From assembly GCA_951406725.2 (NCBI GenBank), contig OX597839.1:6386001-6450000 (forward strand): a stretch of 64,000 nucleotides of DNA, given 5' to 3'. The translations under genes were made by a program, and so were the position numbers. This DNA is from Octopus vulgaris (Eukaryota). Positions 1-15,852 of this stretch are shown here, piece by piece. Within the stretch, counting starts at the first letter, position 1, and the number at the start of each line of letters is the position of its first letter. The notes beneath the pieces were generated by a model. That model was given only the letters and a program-made list of their open reading frames with translations. It searched no databases and was not told the DNA's origin.

Positions 1-302
1 AAATTTCGACTCCATGACTTTCAATACAATAACAATGGAATTTTTACGATGTTTGCTCGGGTGAAAAGATTTTCAAGCTTATCAACCGACGTCGTGGATG
101 TGGGGTATGTATTTATAATCAAAACGCGTAGGTGTAAGGACCAGCACCACCCCCTGCGCGTGCGTGTATAATGTTCAGATATTAATGTTTGTCAACAAAT
201 AAGAATAAAAAAAGTATTTATTACATTTTTGAGAATATTCGGCGGAAGATTAAGGGAGTCGCAAATGAAAGAAATTGAAAAAAAAATATTAATAAATAAT
301 AA

Positions 303-720
303 GGCGCAGGAGTGGCTGTGTGGTAAGTAGCTTGCTAACCAACCACATGGTTGCGGGTTCAGTCCCACTGCGTGGCACCTTGGGCTAGTTTCTTCTGCTA
401 TAGCCCCGGGCCGACCAATGCCTTGTGAGTGGATTTGGTAGACGGAAACTGAAAGAAGCCTGTCGTATATATGTATGTATATGTATGTATGCGTGTGTGT
501 GTTTGTGTGTCTGTGTTTGTCCCCCTAGCATTGCTTGACAACCGATGCTGGTGTGTTTACGTCCCCCCCCCCCCCACTTAGCGGTTCAGCAAAAAGAGAC
601 CGATAGAATAAGTACTGGGCTTACAAAGAATAAGTTCTGGGGTCGATTTGATCGACTAAAGGCGGTGCTCCAGCATGGCCGCAGCCAAAATGACTGAAAC
701 AAGTAAAAGAGTAAAAGAGT
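303..720 (+). mobile_element. tRNA-derived SINE family A, full length
   Basis: A box TGGCTGTGTGGT, B box GGGTTCAGTCCC, internal (TA/TG)n, tail GGTGCTCCAGCATGGCCGCAG...GAAACAAGTAAAAGAGT; many copies in window. Confidence 0.9.
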
Positions 721-1180
721 AAATAAATAAATGACTTCTGCTTGTTATTATCCCCGTACGAGTTACGTCCCTTTATGCCTAAGCGGGGACAGTTTTTCCA
801 ATACAGATCGAAGTAATAACCTGGTATTGGGGAATGAAAGGATGGCATTGATGTAATCGATTTTAAAATGAAAAAAAAAAGCAGTCTGCAGAGACGTGCT
901 CCAGCATGGCCTCATTCAATCTGCTCCACACTCCCATGAAAGAGAGAATTTAGAAAAACGACCTCATTCTTACAACATAGAACCCTTTTCCAGCTTAGAC
1001 AAAAGATATATACATTTACTACTACTACTACTACTACTACTACTACACACACACATATATATACGCATAAATATACATATATGTGCATGCACACATGTAT
1101 ACATACGTATATATTATATATACATAATATACACTCAAACACACATAAACATATATATATATACACATACACACTGAAAT

Positions 1181-1225
<45 letters not shown>

Positions 1226-1352
1226 CATACACACATATATAAATACATACACACTGAAACACACCCACACATACATACATATATACATACACACTGAAAC
1301 ACACAAACACACACACACACATACACACACACACACACATACACACACACAC

Positions 1353-1383
<31 letters not shown>

Positions 1384-1610
1384 AAGACACATACACACAC
1401 ATTCTAAATTTCAGGCCTTATAAACTAAGAGATTACAGTCTCAATTAGAATTATGATTTGCAGTAAAATAAATACCAGTGCTATATACTGCGGTTAGCAA
1501 TAAGCTTTATAACCGTATCTCAAAAAGTTTCAAGCTTTAAACAACAGAAATACAAATTAATGAAACAGAGAATGTACATCCATTATCTTATATGCTATAC
1601 ATATGCATAT

Positions 1611-1647
<37 letters not shown>

Positions 1648-2047
1648 TATACTCTGTAATGCACTAGTTCGCCGCTTTAAGACTGACCCTGCGTGCCCTG
1701 GTGAATAGAAATTATCAGCATTACAACTATTAATATTCATTATATATAATGTATATATATATATATATATATATGTAGATAGATATATATGTATTTATAT
1801 GTATGTGTATAGCTTATCATAGCATATCGCATGCAATATGGAAATATCGTCAATCTAATATTATTATTATTGCTTTTTCATTATCATTATTATTATTAGT
1901 ATTATTTTTTTTTATTATTAGTATCTTTTTTTATTACTTTTTATTTGTTTGTTGTAAGTAAAACAAACGATATAATTGCGTGTGTCTCGAAAAACATATC
2001 AAGCCGAGACCAGCAATGAAAATACTACATTGTGAGAGTGTGTTTAT

Positions 2048-2118
<71 letters not shown>

Positions 2119-2247
2119 ACCAAACGGTGGGAGTGAGTTCGTGTTTTATATAGATATAAATGCGTATATGGGTGTATATATCTACATAAGCAATAAAAAC
2201 TGTTGATAAACTCGATTTAGATGGGTTCAACGAATATGTGAAAACAC

Positions 2248-2287
<40 letters not shown>

Positions 2288-2372
2288 CCGTCTATCATAT
2301 CTATGTGCTTAAACATACGCGCGTTTATGGTATGCATATATATATATATATATATACACACAAACAATTGCT

Positions 2373-2415
<43 letters not shown>

Positions 2416-2449
2416 TGAGTGTTTGGATGTGATAGCATCCCTGGGTGTA

Positions 2450-2685
2450 TATTTAATTCTTTATTGCCCACAAGGGACTAAACATAGATGGGACAAACAA
2501 GGACAGACAAAGGGATTAAGTCGATAACATCGACCCCGTGCGGAACTGGTACTTATTGAATCGACCCCGAAAGGATGAAGGGCAAAGTCGACCTCGGCGG
2601 AATTTGAACTCAGAACGTAGCGGCAGACGAAATACCGCTAAGCATTTCGCCGGGCGTGCTAACGATTCTGCCAGCTCGCCTCCTT
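2450..2685 (-). mobile_element. tRNA-derived SINE family B with 13-bp TSD
   Basis: A box CTGGCAGAATCG, B box GAGTTCAAATTCC, central GCCTTTCATCCTTTCGGGGTCGATAA-type domain (resembles the Meta-SINE domain from memory); TSD ATCCCTGGGTGTA at 2437-2449 and 2686-2698. Confidence 0.92.
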
Positions 2686-2940
2686 ATCCCTGGGTGTAGT
2701 ATATTGGCGTAAACTGGTGCACGTAGTTTAGTTAGTATGTAGGTAGGTAGGTAGGTAGATTGGGGAGGAGTCCTAGTTAGGTGATGGTGTTGAAATAACA
2801 CACACACACATATAATAAATAGATGGTGTAAAATGAAACTGAGTTAGGGTAAGTACTCAATACGGGTGTGGCTGATTTGAATATCGATTCGAAGCTGAAA
2901 TGCCAGTGGATCGAGTCCAGCACTCTCCCTACAGCGACTT

Positions 2941-3040
<100 letters not shown>

Positions 3041-3200
3041 GCAACTACATATATGCAAACACATACGTATTCATACACATACGTAAATATATACACCTAC
3101 GGAAACATTCACATATATCCACAGACAAACCTATTAACACACTTATTTGCATGTGTGTGTGTATAATGCATAGATGTGTAGTTATGCGTGTGTATGTGTG

Positions 3201-3260
<60 letters not shown>

Positions 3261-3510
3261 GTAATCTCCACGAGACACAAGACAAGAGATAATAAAAGTA
3301 TTTCATGGTTTGAAACTCTCAAGTCATTAACGCTAAAGCGTCGTGTGGTTGATACACTCCCCTGGATAAGGCGCCACCTTATCGCAAACATTTGCTCCCC
3401 TACCAAGTCCGCACCTTGTTGTTGTCGTTGGAGTACAACTACTACTGCTGCTGCTGCTACGGTTAAGTGAAGTGAGCCGCAGAGAATGTGTTCTGCTCAA
3501 AGATCAGAGA

Positions 3511-3557
<47 letters not shown>

Positions 3558-3558
3558 T

Positions 3559-3590
<32 letters not shown>

Positions 3591-3948
3591 GGCGCAGGAG
3601 TGGCTGTGTGGTAAGTAGCTTGCTAACCAACCACACGGTTGCGGGTTCAGTCCCACTGCGTGGCATCTTGGGCAACTGTCTTCTGCTATAGCCCCGGGCC
3701 GACCAATGCCTTGTGAGTGGATTTGGTAGACGGAAACTGAAAGAAGCCTGTCGTATATATGTATATGTGTGTTTGTGTGTCTGTGTTTGTCCCCCTAGCA
3801 TTGCTTGACAACCGATGCTGGTGTGTTTATGTCCCCGTCACTTAGCGGTTCGGCAAAAAGAGACCGATAGAATAAGTACTAAAAGGTGGTGCTCCAGCAT
3901 GGCCGCAGTCAAATGACTGAAACAAGTAAAAGAGAAAGAGAAAGAGAA
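3591..3948 (+). mobile_element. SINE family A (about 40-bp internal deletion between ACT microhomologies)
   Basis: Near-identical to 303-720; inserted in (TA)n. Confidence 0.9.
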
Positions 3949-4086
3949 AATATATATATATATATCAACGTTTTGTCCTTGTAACCTCACCTTCGTCGTT
4001 CGGTTTGGTTGTCCAGCGGCACAACTTGTTCCGTCGTTTTACTTGTATTATAAAAACATCGATACATTCCAGAATATAAAGTACAG

Positions 4087-4129
<43 letters not shown>

Positions 4130-4262
4130 CATATACACGTGCGCACGTGCACATACAGTGTGTGTGTGTGTGTATACATATATATATGCGTGTGTATATA
4201 TATATGTGTGTGTGTGTGTATATATATATATATGTGTATATATGTGTAAATATATATGTGTG

Positions 4263-4314
<52 letters not shown>

Positions 4315-4362
4315 CACACACTCACTTACATTGCCTGAGTGTAAGTGAGTGTAATGTAAGTG

Positions 4363-4413
<51 letters not shown>

Positions 4414-4466
4414 TCACATTGCCTGAGTGTAAGTGAGTGTAATGTAAGTGAGTGTGTGTGTGTGTG

Positions 4467-4514
<48 letters not shown>

Positions 4515-4929
4515 TCACTTACATTGCCTGAGAATCGTGGTCAGAATAAAATAGCCAGTGATTCAGCGAAAACGAAACAGTGTGTGTGTGTGTGTGTGTG
4601 TGTGTAATGAGTAGGAAAAAAAAGCGAAAACGTATAACTGAAACCAGCGGGAACAAACGAGTCAGCGCACAAGCGTAAGTGTGCGCTCGTATGTGCGCGC
4701 GCACACACGCACACATTTCTATTTTGATTAGGTTCTATATATATATAGTATAGTGGTTTTTCGATAGAAAATAACTAAACTATAAATTCGATAATGAGTA
4801 GTTATTGCTTTTCCTTTGATAATTCTTCCTTTTATGTGACAAGCGCCCGTTCGGTTTCAATTCGTAGGTACAACTAAAACAGACCACATATACACACGCA
4901 TTTGCACACACACACTAGCCTCCAGGTTT

Positions 4930-5100
4930 CAATCTGCTAGAAATAGCAGCTCGAACCCCCCAAAATTAGAATTCCGAGCATAAAAGAAAGACACGAAAGA
5001 TATGTAAGCCATCTGCCTAAAAAAATATAAATGATTATTAGTGGAATGTCTTTGATCAGAGATGTGCTTATTCAGTCAGGGTTGACCTGGGGCAAAACAG
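4930..5100 (+). repeat. Old dispersed repeat (ctgctagaaatagcagc...ggaatgtctttgatca...gttgacctgggg)
   Basis: Diverged copies at about 12430-12530, 17450-17860 (-), 19690-19800 (-), 31120-31500, 37320-37420 (-), 55150-55300. Confidence 0.55.
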
Positions 5101-5213
5101 AGTCTCGCTCCCCCCCTCTCTCTCTCAGACACACACGACCGTTTCTTAAAAGGAGTCGGAGAAATAAAATATCTGAGGCTTTATGAGCCAAAATGTTCAT
5201 CATTATATCACAG

Positions 5214-5631
5214 TACCTATTTCTTATACTACCCACAAGGGGCTAAACACAGAAGGGACAAACAAGGACAGACAAACGGATTAAGTCGATTATATCGACC
5301 CCAGTGCGTAACTGGTACTTAATTTATCGACCCCGAAAGGGTGAAAGGCAAAGTCGACCTCGGTGGAATTTGAACTCAGAACGTAGCGGCAGACGAAATA
5401 CCTATCTCTTTACTACCCACAAGGGGCTAAACACAGAAGGGACAAACAAGGACAAACAAAGGGATTAAGTCGATTATATCGACCCCAGTGCGTAATTGGT
5501 ACTTATTTAATCGACTCCGAAAGAATGAAAGGCAAAGTCGACTTCGGTGGAATTTGAACTCAGAACGTAGCGGCAGACAAAATACCGCTAAGCATTTTCG
5601 CCCGGCGTGCTAACGATTCTGTCAGCTCGCC
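5214..5631 (-). mobile_element. SINE family B, head-to-tail dimer
   Basis: Full unit plus a ~185-bp second unit joined at AGAGATA|GGTATTTCGTC (5402/5403). Confidence 0.9.
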
Positions 5632-5927
5632 GACAGTTAAACACACGTACAGTTATTTCTTCGACACGGTTTCAATTCTCAGTTTTGAATGCATTTCAGC
5701 GGAAAAGACAAAAGCAAAACAAAAATGACTGCTTCAAAACGGTGTTTAGCGATGTTTCTTCACGTTTGTGTGTTCAAATCCTATTGAAGTAGACTTCACA
5801 TCTCATATTTTGGAATTTGTTGGTATCGACTTCTCCCGTCCCTCAAAAACTGTTGGCCCCGTACCTAAACTAAACTAGAAACTACCACTACTACTACTAC
5901 TACCACCACCACCACCACCACCACCAC

Positions 5928-5972
<45 letters not shown>

Positions 5973-6000
5973 TATTACTATTGTTGTTGTTGTTGTTATA

Positions 6001-6260
6001 AGCGTAAGCGTTGCTGTATAGTAAGAAGCTAGCTTCTCCTCCACACGGTTCCGGGTTCAGTCCCACTGCGTGACACCTCTGGTAAGTGCTTTCGTCTATA
6101 ATCACGGGCCGACCAAAGCTTTGTGAGTGGAAACTGAAAGAAACCCATCATACATATGTGTGTGTGTGTGTATGTGTGTGTGTTTCTCCCCACCACTTTA
6201 CAACCGCTGTTGGTCTGTTTACGTCCCCATAACTTAGCAGAATAAAACTACAAAATACAA

Positions 6261-6296
<36 letters not shown>

Positions 6297-6386
6297 GGGG
6301 TCGATTCATTCGATCGAGAATTCTTCAAGGTAGTGCCCCAGCATGGCCGCAGTCTGATGACTGAAACGAGCAAGAGACTAAAAGAT
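6001..6386 (+). mobile_element. SINE family A, diverged
   Basis: B box, body and tail alignable; internal (AAT)n. Confidence 0.75.
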
Positions 6387-6415
6387 TATGATCGTTTATA
6401 ACTACTACTACTACA

Positions 6416-6450
<35 letters not shown>

Positions 6451-6659
6451 ACTCCGTTTTATCGTGATAAATACACTTACAACTAAACCTACTACAAATT
6501 GTAGTAGTAGCAGCAGCAACGGTAGTAGTAGTAATAGTAGTAGTAGTAGTACTTCGAGCAGTATGCATTAGCAGGTGCAACAAACAACCACGGCGTGCAC
6601 ATAGCTGCATATTAGCAATTGAATTTAATAAAACAGAAAAGATAGTGACTACGACAGCA

Positions 6660-6660
6660 G

Positions 6661-6704
<44 letters not shown>

Positions 6705-6821
6705 GTGATGATGATGGTGGTGATGATGGTGATGATGTTGATGTTGATGATGACGATGACGATGATGATGATGATAATGATGATGATGATGGTGGTGGTG
6801 GTGGTGGTGGTGATAATGATT

Positions 6822-6883
<62 letters not shown>

Positions 6884-6899
6884 GGTGGTGATAATGATT

Positions 6900-6931
<32 letters not shown>

Positions 6932-7530
6932 GATGATGGTGATGATGATGGTGATGATGATGATGATGATGATGGTGATGATGATGGTGATGATGATGAT
7001 GATGATGATGGTGGTGATGGTGATGATGATGGTGGTGATGATGTTGATGATGACGATGACGATGATGATGATGGTGATGATGATGGTGATGGTGGTGGTG
7101 ATGATGATGATGATGATGATGGTGATGATGATGGTGATGGTGGTGGTGATGATGATGGTGGTGATGATGTTGATGATGACGATGACGATGATGATGATGG
7201 TGATGATGATGGTGATGGTGGTGATGGTGATGATGATGGTGGTGATGATGTTGATGTTGACGATGACGATGATGATGATGATGGTGATGATGATGGTGAT
7301 GATGATGGTGGTGATGGTGATGATGGTGATGATGTTGATGTTGATGATGACGATGACGATGATGATGATGATGATGGTGATGATGATGGTGATGATGATG
7401 ATGATGATGATGGTGGTGATGATGTTGATGATGATGGTGGTGATGATGTTGATGATGACGATGATGATGATGGTGATGATGATGGTGATGGTGGTGATGA
7501 TGATGATGATGATGATGATGGTGATGATGA
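6660..7530. repeat. About 870-bp compound (GAT/GGT/GAC/GTT)n trinucleotide tract
   Basis: Direct inspection. Confidence 0.95.
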
Positions 7531-7769
7531 ACATGATGATGGAATATATTACAGTGACTTGTGGTATATAAACGTGTGCGTGCATGTGTGTGTGTGTGTG
7601 CACTAAGAAATCGATAACGAGTATGTGTATGTGTGCTGTGCACGCGATCGTATATGCATGTTTTGATGCAGTATATATATGTGTGTATGTATATATATAT
7701 ATATATATCGATTGACAGTACGTGTGTGTGTGTTATGGGTGTTTGCATGTATAGACAGTTGTGTATATA

Positions 7770-7809
<40 letters not shown>

Positions 7810-8051
7810 TACACACACAGTACTATATATGGTGTGATCGAACGACATGGCATTGAATGTATGACTCTTTAATACAACACATACATATGACTAATACAAC
7901 ACACACACACACATGCATATACCTACATACACACACGCACAAGTATACATACATATACACACACATATATGTGTATGTATGCATGTACGTACGTATGAAT
8001 CCCCTCCGAGTTAATACGGGATCTCTAAACGACAATCTAAACTTCGTGTGA

Positions 8052-8113
<62 letters not shown>

Positions 8114-8198
8114 GGAGAGAGAGATAGAAAGGTAGATAGATAGATAAATAGATAGGTAGATAGATAGATATATAGATAGATAGATAAATAGATAGAAT

Positions 8199-8252
<54 letters not shown>

Positions 8253-8585
8253 ATGATAGATAGACAGACAGACAGATAGATAGATATATCTTAGTATTTT
8301 GTGAGCGCTGGGTATATAGGAAATATTAATTGCCAGTTAAACCTATAAACATGCACATACATGCATTTATATACACCTATAAACACAGTTATATGTGAAC
8401 GCGTCTTACTAGTACAAAACAAATGTGCGTGTATGTATATATTAAAAACAGAAAACGGAATGCACACGAGTGTTTAACTGTCTACACAACAAATTGATCT
8501 TGTGTGTGTTATGTGTGTGTGTGTTATGCGTGGTAGTCTATACCAGTTCATACGACATGCAACTAGGCATGCGTGTGTATATGCA

Positions 8586-8626
<41 letters not shown>

Positions 8627-8752
8627 GGAAATGTCCATGTGTCTCGGGATACGGGATCGTACGTATGTATGTCTGCCGTGTATATATACAGACAGCCAAG
8701 CAGGTAGATATTTTTCTCAGTATGAATATAGGTTTGCATGTACATGTGTGTG

Positions 8753-8818
<66 letters not shown>

Positions 8819-8838
8819 TACATACACAAGAACACGTA

Positions 8839-8871
<33 letters not shown>

Positions 8872-9033
8872 CTTATCTTATCTAGTTTCAGCTCACGAGC
8901 TGTGGCCATGCTGGGGCACCGCCATTATATATATATAAAATCATTTTTATTATTTTGTGTTCGCGCCGAAGTGTAATCTTAATGTATGCGAGTGCGTGCA
9001 CTATTTTTTCTTTTTCATTTTATTTTATCAGAC

Positions 9034-9089
<56 letters not shown>

Positions 9090-9282
9090 AGTGTGAGTGT
9101 GAATCGCTACTCGGAGTTCGCCGTTCCCAATCTTCAGCCGCTTAATTGCTATTAGCAAATTCATACTAGTGCGACTCCACTACCTATCTATCTATCTATC
9201 TGTCTATCTATCTATCTATCTATCTGTCTATCTATCTATCGTCTGCTGCCAGTCAATATATTTATCGTCGTCTGCTTACATC

Positions 9283-9313
<31 letters not shown>

Positions 9314-10773
9314 CCTACCTTGTCTGTCTATCTATCTATCTATCTATCTATCGTCTGCTGCCAGTCAATATATTTATCGTCGTCTGCTTACATCTTATCT
9401 ATCTATCTATATATATATCTATCTATCTATCTATCTATTACACACACAATAGTAGCAGCAGCCAATAAACTACAAGTAGATTCGTACAAAATAATATTGA
9501 TATGTTACAGTCTATAGAATCGATCAAAGTTGGTGTGTATATGACCAAATATGTGCATACGTGTGTGCGTTTGATTGCTGTGAATGTGCACGAATGCAAC
9601 GAATACATAGAGTTGTACGCATGCGTGTGTGTGGACTTACAACTGTGAGCGCGTTTCAACATCATACGATGGCGGTACGCGTCGAAAAATATGCGTGTGT
9701 GTGTGTGTACGCGCGCTTGTCATGTATGTATGTTTATATGTGCATAAGAATATACAATAGTGACGGTGTTTGTGCGTAGAATTGTTTGTTATAGAGTATC
9801 TACGTGAGTGAATGAGTGAGTGTCACAGTATATACAACAGCAGTGTTCTTCGAGTGTTTATAAAAGTCAAGATAACACAACTATAATAAAAAGTGTGCGT
9901 GTATATGTACTCACATATATATCTATATATGTGTGTGTGTATTAGGTGCGTATAAAAATAAGTCTATACAACAATCCATAGCAGTCTATATAAGACCGCA
10001 ATCAATGATATGCCAAACTGTATAACACTGCGAATGTATACAATTTGTATGACGTCTATTTACAATGCGCGCGAGTATGTGCGTGGGTATATATATATAT
10101 ATACATACATATACACATATACATATACACACACACATATATATACACACACATATAAACACACACACACACACACATATGCATATATATACATGAATCC
10201 ATAGCAGAATTAATCCTGATGCGTGTTGTGTATATGTGCGTGCATATATATGTATGTATATATATATGTGTGTATGTATGTGCGTACGCACGCGTAAGTG
10301 CAAGCACAACAATATATACATCTGGCTATATGGCCGTGTACATATACAAAACTTTGTGAGTATATACAAAACACATAGACACACACAGACATATTTATGG
10401 TATACGGCAGAACTCTTTGCATGCGTGCGTTTATACGCACGCATCTGTGCTGCGACAGCTTGCGTCTATATATTATAAAGCACGGTAGAAATATACTCAT
10501 CTGTATATGTGTGTGCACGCAGTCATAGTATAGAAATATCCATCTTTGTACATGTACACGTACACACACGCACGTGTGTGTGTGTGTATGCGCGCGTAAT
10601 ACTCTAGAAATAAAGCTACCCTTTCATTTATGTGCGTATACGTTTAGTATTCTACACAACAGAACCATGTTATCGTATGTACGTACATGCGTGGCCTTTG
10701 TAACTAGCTATGTCTGTGTGTGCGTCGAACAAAAATCGATTAATTTCATTAAAAACTTAAACGAATACATCAT

Positions 10774-10829
<56 letters not shown>

Positions 10830-11254
10830 TGAGCGAGCGAGGGGGATAGAAAGCAATCTTTTTAATTGCACCATCAGAAAAGAAACTGTGTGCATGTGTG
10901 TATAGTCGTGTAAGCACCCATATGTACGAATATATATATATATATATACATACGTACACTCGACACAGTATGCAGCCAATATTTTACAACGTGTAGGTAC
11001 AGATTTATTGACTTTCAGTAAAAATTTATGTCTGCAACTTAAAGTAAAAGAAAACGCGCACAGTTTTGTATATATGTCTATATAAGCGGGTGTATTAATG
11101 TACGTACGTGCGTGCGTATGTGTGTATATATATATTTATATATAGATATGTATGTATATATATATATATATAGATATGTATGTATATAGATATATATATT
11201 TATATATAGATATGTATGTATATAGATATATATATTTATATATAGATATGTATG

Positions 11255-11285
<31 letters not shown>

Positions 11286-11299
11286 GTGTGTGTATATAT

Positions 11300-11333
<34 letters not shown>

Positions 11334-11641
11334 GCATACATTATACATATATATGCATATATATATATATACATATATATGCATACATATATATATACAT
11401 ATATACCTACATATATATATATACATACATATATATGCATACATATATATATATATACATATATATGCATACATATATATATATATACATATATATGCAT
11501 ACATATATATATATATATATATATATGCATACATATATATATATACATATATATATATACATATATACCTACATATATATATATACATATATATATATAC
11601 ATATATACCTACATATATATATATATAACATACATATATAA

Positions 11642-11679
<38 letters not shown>

Positions 11680-11785
11680 CTGTATATATATATGAGCATT
11701 TGTGCGGGGTTTGTGTATATACGCGGACGCAATGCAAAGTTGTATGCTGGAGAAGCCGCATATAAGAAATGTACGCGGCTGGCTC

Positions 11786-11837
<52 letters not shown>

Positions 11838-13525
11838 ATAAAATTTGATTATATGTAGATGTTATATGCATCGCTGGCTGTACAACGCCTGCGTTATTAC
11901 ACCCTGTCGTTATTGTCTGAGATATACCGCTGATTGTGTGCGTGCCTATATATGAACTTATAGACACAAATGCATAGACAATACAGATAGGTAAACATAG
12001 AGAGATACATACATACATACATATGTATATATATATACTCAGCTTGTGTGTGTAATGGAATTTATACTAATTCGACTGTATTGTAAGTGGAAGGCTTCCC
12101 TCTCTCACAGCCATACACACGTCCGTTTCTGCACATGTATATATGTGTGTATATGCATATATTTAAAACGTATTTTGATCGTGTATACGAGCATATAAAT
12201 GCGCGTGCACACGCGTATATTTGCATGCGTGTATAGAAAATGCGTGCGGTTGTATGTTATACGTAATAATATATAAAGGTAAGATCCAAGTATCAAGGTG
12301 TATGAAGTTAGTTTTTTTGTTTTTGTTTATTTATTTATTTATTTATTTATTTATTTTTTTGACTAAGGTATCTTCGACCTGACGAGTAGCCAACGGATTA
12401 CCCCCACGTTTGAGTATTTATTACTTCTGAGGTTCTGCTAGTTATGAAACATATGTAGTCTGAATTTTTACCTAATCCGTCCCCTAAATTTGGATATATA
12501 GAACGGGCTAACCTGGGCTGAACAATAACTATTACTATAGAAACGACAGACCACCGGACACAAAGAAGTGCTTTTTGCCCCGCGATTACGTCACTGTACA
12601 TTCCGAGTGCAAATCCTCCCATAACAAACGTAGCCCTTTTCATCATACACATCGTTAATCTTATAAGGAAAACAAAAAGGCAGGTGAGGAAGGTTCATTA
12701 GAGCGTCGAACAAAATGGCTTAAAATATTTCCCCCTGGTTTTTACGTTATGAGTTCAAATCCCGCTTAAGTCAACGTTGCTTTTCATCTTTTCGGGGTCG
12801 ACAATGTAAAGTACCATTGAAGTACCTGGTTCGCGTATAATCAAACTCTGAGCTGAAACCCACCCCTACCCCGAATTTCTTATTTTGTGTATTAGAAGTA
12901 GAAATAGGAGGAATAGCAGCACTACCACACCACCGAAGACTTTGTCTTTGGGATACACTTGTGCCACAGCTCTGGAAAATGCAGTCCGTTAATTCCTTCA
13001 AAGCATTCTTTACACAGAAATTAAGTCTTTGAGGATGAAATAAGCTGTATCGTTCGATGTTGTCATTGTCATTCTTGGAGTAAAATATTACAAACACACA
13101 CACACGCACGTACACACATGCATACATGTAGCGCACATGCACTAGCGATAGACACACACGCATGTGCGCGCGCACATACGCAAGTGCGCGCGCACACACA
13201 CGCACAAACGGCTACAAAACGTTATTAACAGATCGATAATGCGTGTATGCGCTTGTCTGTACGAGTATCGAACTCTGAGTCTGAATCATTTTTTTTTCAT
13301 CAAACAAGAAGAATGATTTATTCCTTTACTTTAGACACAACCCGAGCCCCGACCCGAGCCCCACCGTTCCAACACACCCACAGCTCAAAGAGGGGGGGGA
13401 GTAAAGACGAACAAGACGATGTGATGTTCATGCCCTTTCCAGCAGTGCATGAGCCTCGTCAAGATGACATGTAAAAAGGCTTTTCAAACGATAGCAACCA
13501 TGAGATGACGATTTAATTATACGAG

Positions 13526-13563
<38 letters not shown>

Positions 13564-13949
13564 GAACATGAAGTAAAAAAAAAAAAGAAGCCCTTTAGCA
13601 AAATAGCATTTAGATGTTTTACAAAGGTATTGATGTTGTTGTTGTTGGTGGTGGTGGCGAGGCGTAGGGTGGCGTGGTGGTGATGGAGATGTAGTAGTGT
13701 TGGTGAAGGGGGTAATTAGTAGTGGTGGTAAAGGTGGAGGGGGAGGCACCGCCTGCGGTGAAATTTGAACCCCTGCACGCTAATAATCCATTACTTTTTA
13801 TCTATTCGGTCATCGCGCCTTTGATTCTTCAGTAGACACGAAACGAAACCTGTTTACATTCATACACACACAGTGTGTGTGTGTGTGCTTTCGCGTGTAT
13901 ACACACATAACATATTCATATATATATATACACATGTTTATATATACAT

Positions 13950-13996
<47 letters not shown>

Positions 13997-14979
13997 GTAC
14001 ATATATACACATTACACATATATATATATATATACACGTTACACATATGCATGAATGCACATATAACACTAATATATGCATGTGTGTAGTATATATTACT
14101 CATGTATATATTTTTAAGTGTGCGTGTATAATATATGCACAGACATGCATTCCTATACTTACATACATATATATACACACATACATATACATAGACGCGC
14201 GTGCAATTTAGAAAGCGGAAGTCAAAAATTTGGTGTGTGAGTATTTTCACGATCTAAGTGAAAATTAAAGAAACGGTCGTGCCTTAGGTTATAACAGAAA
14301 ATAAAACAAGAAAGGAACAGTTCCCATTACCCAGCAAGTAATTGAACCTACGTACCGAGTTTTTCAGGTTCACAACTTTTCACAACAATAATTACAAAAG
14401 AAAGACGCGAAATAATTATTTTTCCCATCTTTTCTGTATTTTTTTTTTTCCTTTTTTATATTTTATTCCTTTTTTTTCTTTCTTTCTTTCTTTCTTTCTT
14501 CGCTTTATTTGTTAATTAACAATTTAATTTATTATCCTCCCGTGAAACCCATGACGACGATGATGATGATGATGATGATGATGATTAATTAGATTTGGAG
14601 CCTTAGGCGACAAAAGAAAAAATAAAAACAAACAAAAAGTCTTAAGGGCCCTTATTACTATAATGACACATCACGATGTTATACAACAACGCCTGCAGCG
14701 AGAAACGAACCCACGACTCGGGGAACCAAGAGTGCATTTACCTTTATCAAACGATATCCAACCTCTAACGACAACAACAACAACAGCAACAATAATAACT
14801 GGTTTTGATTTAAGCCCAAAGCGAACAGATATGAGGAACTGAGAATATGTGATGCCATCCACTTAATCACTGCCAAATCGTTTAATTTGCCGACCCCGAA
14901 AGTATGAAAGCTAATGGTTGACGACGGCCGGATTTGAACTCAGAATGGAAAGAGTCGGTACGAATACTGCAAAGTAATA

Positions 14980-15369
14980 GGCGCAGGAGTGGCTGTGTGG
15001 TAAGTAGCTTGTTTACCGACCACATGGTTCCGGGTTCAGTCCCACTGCGTGGCACCTTGGGCAAGTGTCTTCTACTATAGCCTCGGGCCGACCAAAGCCT
15101 TGTGAGTGGATTTGGTAGACGGAAACTGAAAGAAGTCTGTCGTATATATATATATATTTGTATGTGTATGTGTCTGTGTTTGTCCCCCTAGCATTGCTTG
15201 ACAATCGATGTTGGTGTGTTTATGTCCCCGTTACCTAGCGGTTCGGCAAAAGAGACCGATAGAATAAGTACTGGGTTACAAAAGAATAAGTCCCGGGTCG
15301 ATTTGCTCGATTAAAGGCGGTGCTCCAGCATGGCCGCAGTCAAATGACTGAAACAAGTAAAAGAGTAAT
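14980..15369 (+). mobile_element. SINE family A, full length, nested in an old family-B copy
   Basis: AGTAATA on both sides; family-B-like minus-strand sequence at 14880-14979 appears to resume after 15370. Confidence 0.9.
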
Positions 15370-15809
15370 ATTTTTCCGAATTTCTCTCAAATTTGCCAAA
15401 TCCTACGTTCAAAACGGTCTCTAGTTTAGACACGGGCAGCAACGTTGAAGAAAGGGGATTTGTTAACCGATTACATCGATGATAATGAATACCTGGTACT
15501 TTATTTTATCGATCCCGTAAGTATGAAAGGCAAAGTCCGACCTCGACGGCATTTGAACTCAGAACGCAAACGCCCGAGCACTTTTGTCCGAAACGCAAGC
15601 GATTCTGCTGGTTCGGGACCATAGATACAAGGCCTGAAATTTGGTGGGGAGTAGGCAAGTAGATTACATCGACCCCTGTGCGTAACTGGTACTTATTTTA
15701 TCAACCACGAAGTATGAAACGCAAAGTCAACCCTGACGGCATTTGAACTCAGCTAATTCTACAACGCCTTGGTCAATCCGTATGAATGTAAATGCGTGCG
15801 TGTGTGTGA

Positions 15810-15852
<43 letters not shown>

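Noticed and set aside
6386-7853. Poly-His, poly-Ile/Thr and poly-Met ORFs of 300-400 aa
   Set aside because: Multiple readings of one (GAT)n tract; no unique coding flanks or splice context. Same for 56925-57648.
12398-12652. 84-aa minus ORF as a possible exon 2
   Set aside because: Overlaps an old dispersed repeat; no recognisable domain or convincing splice sites.
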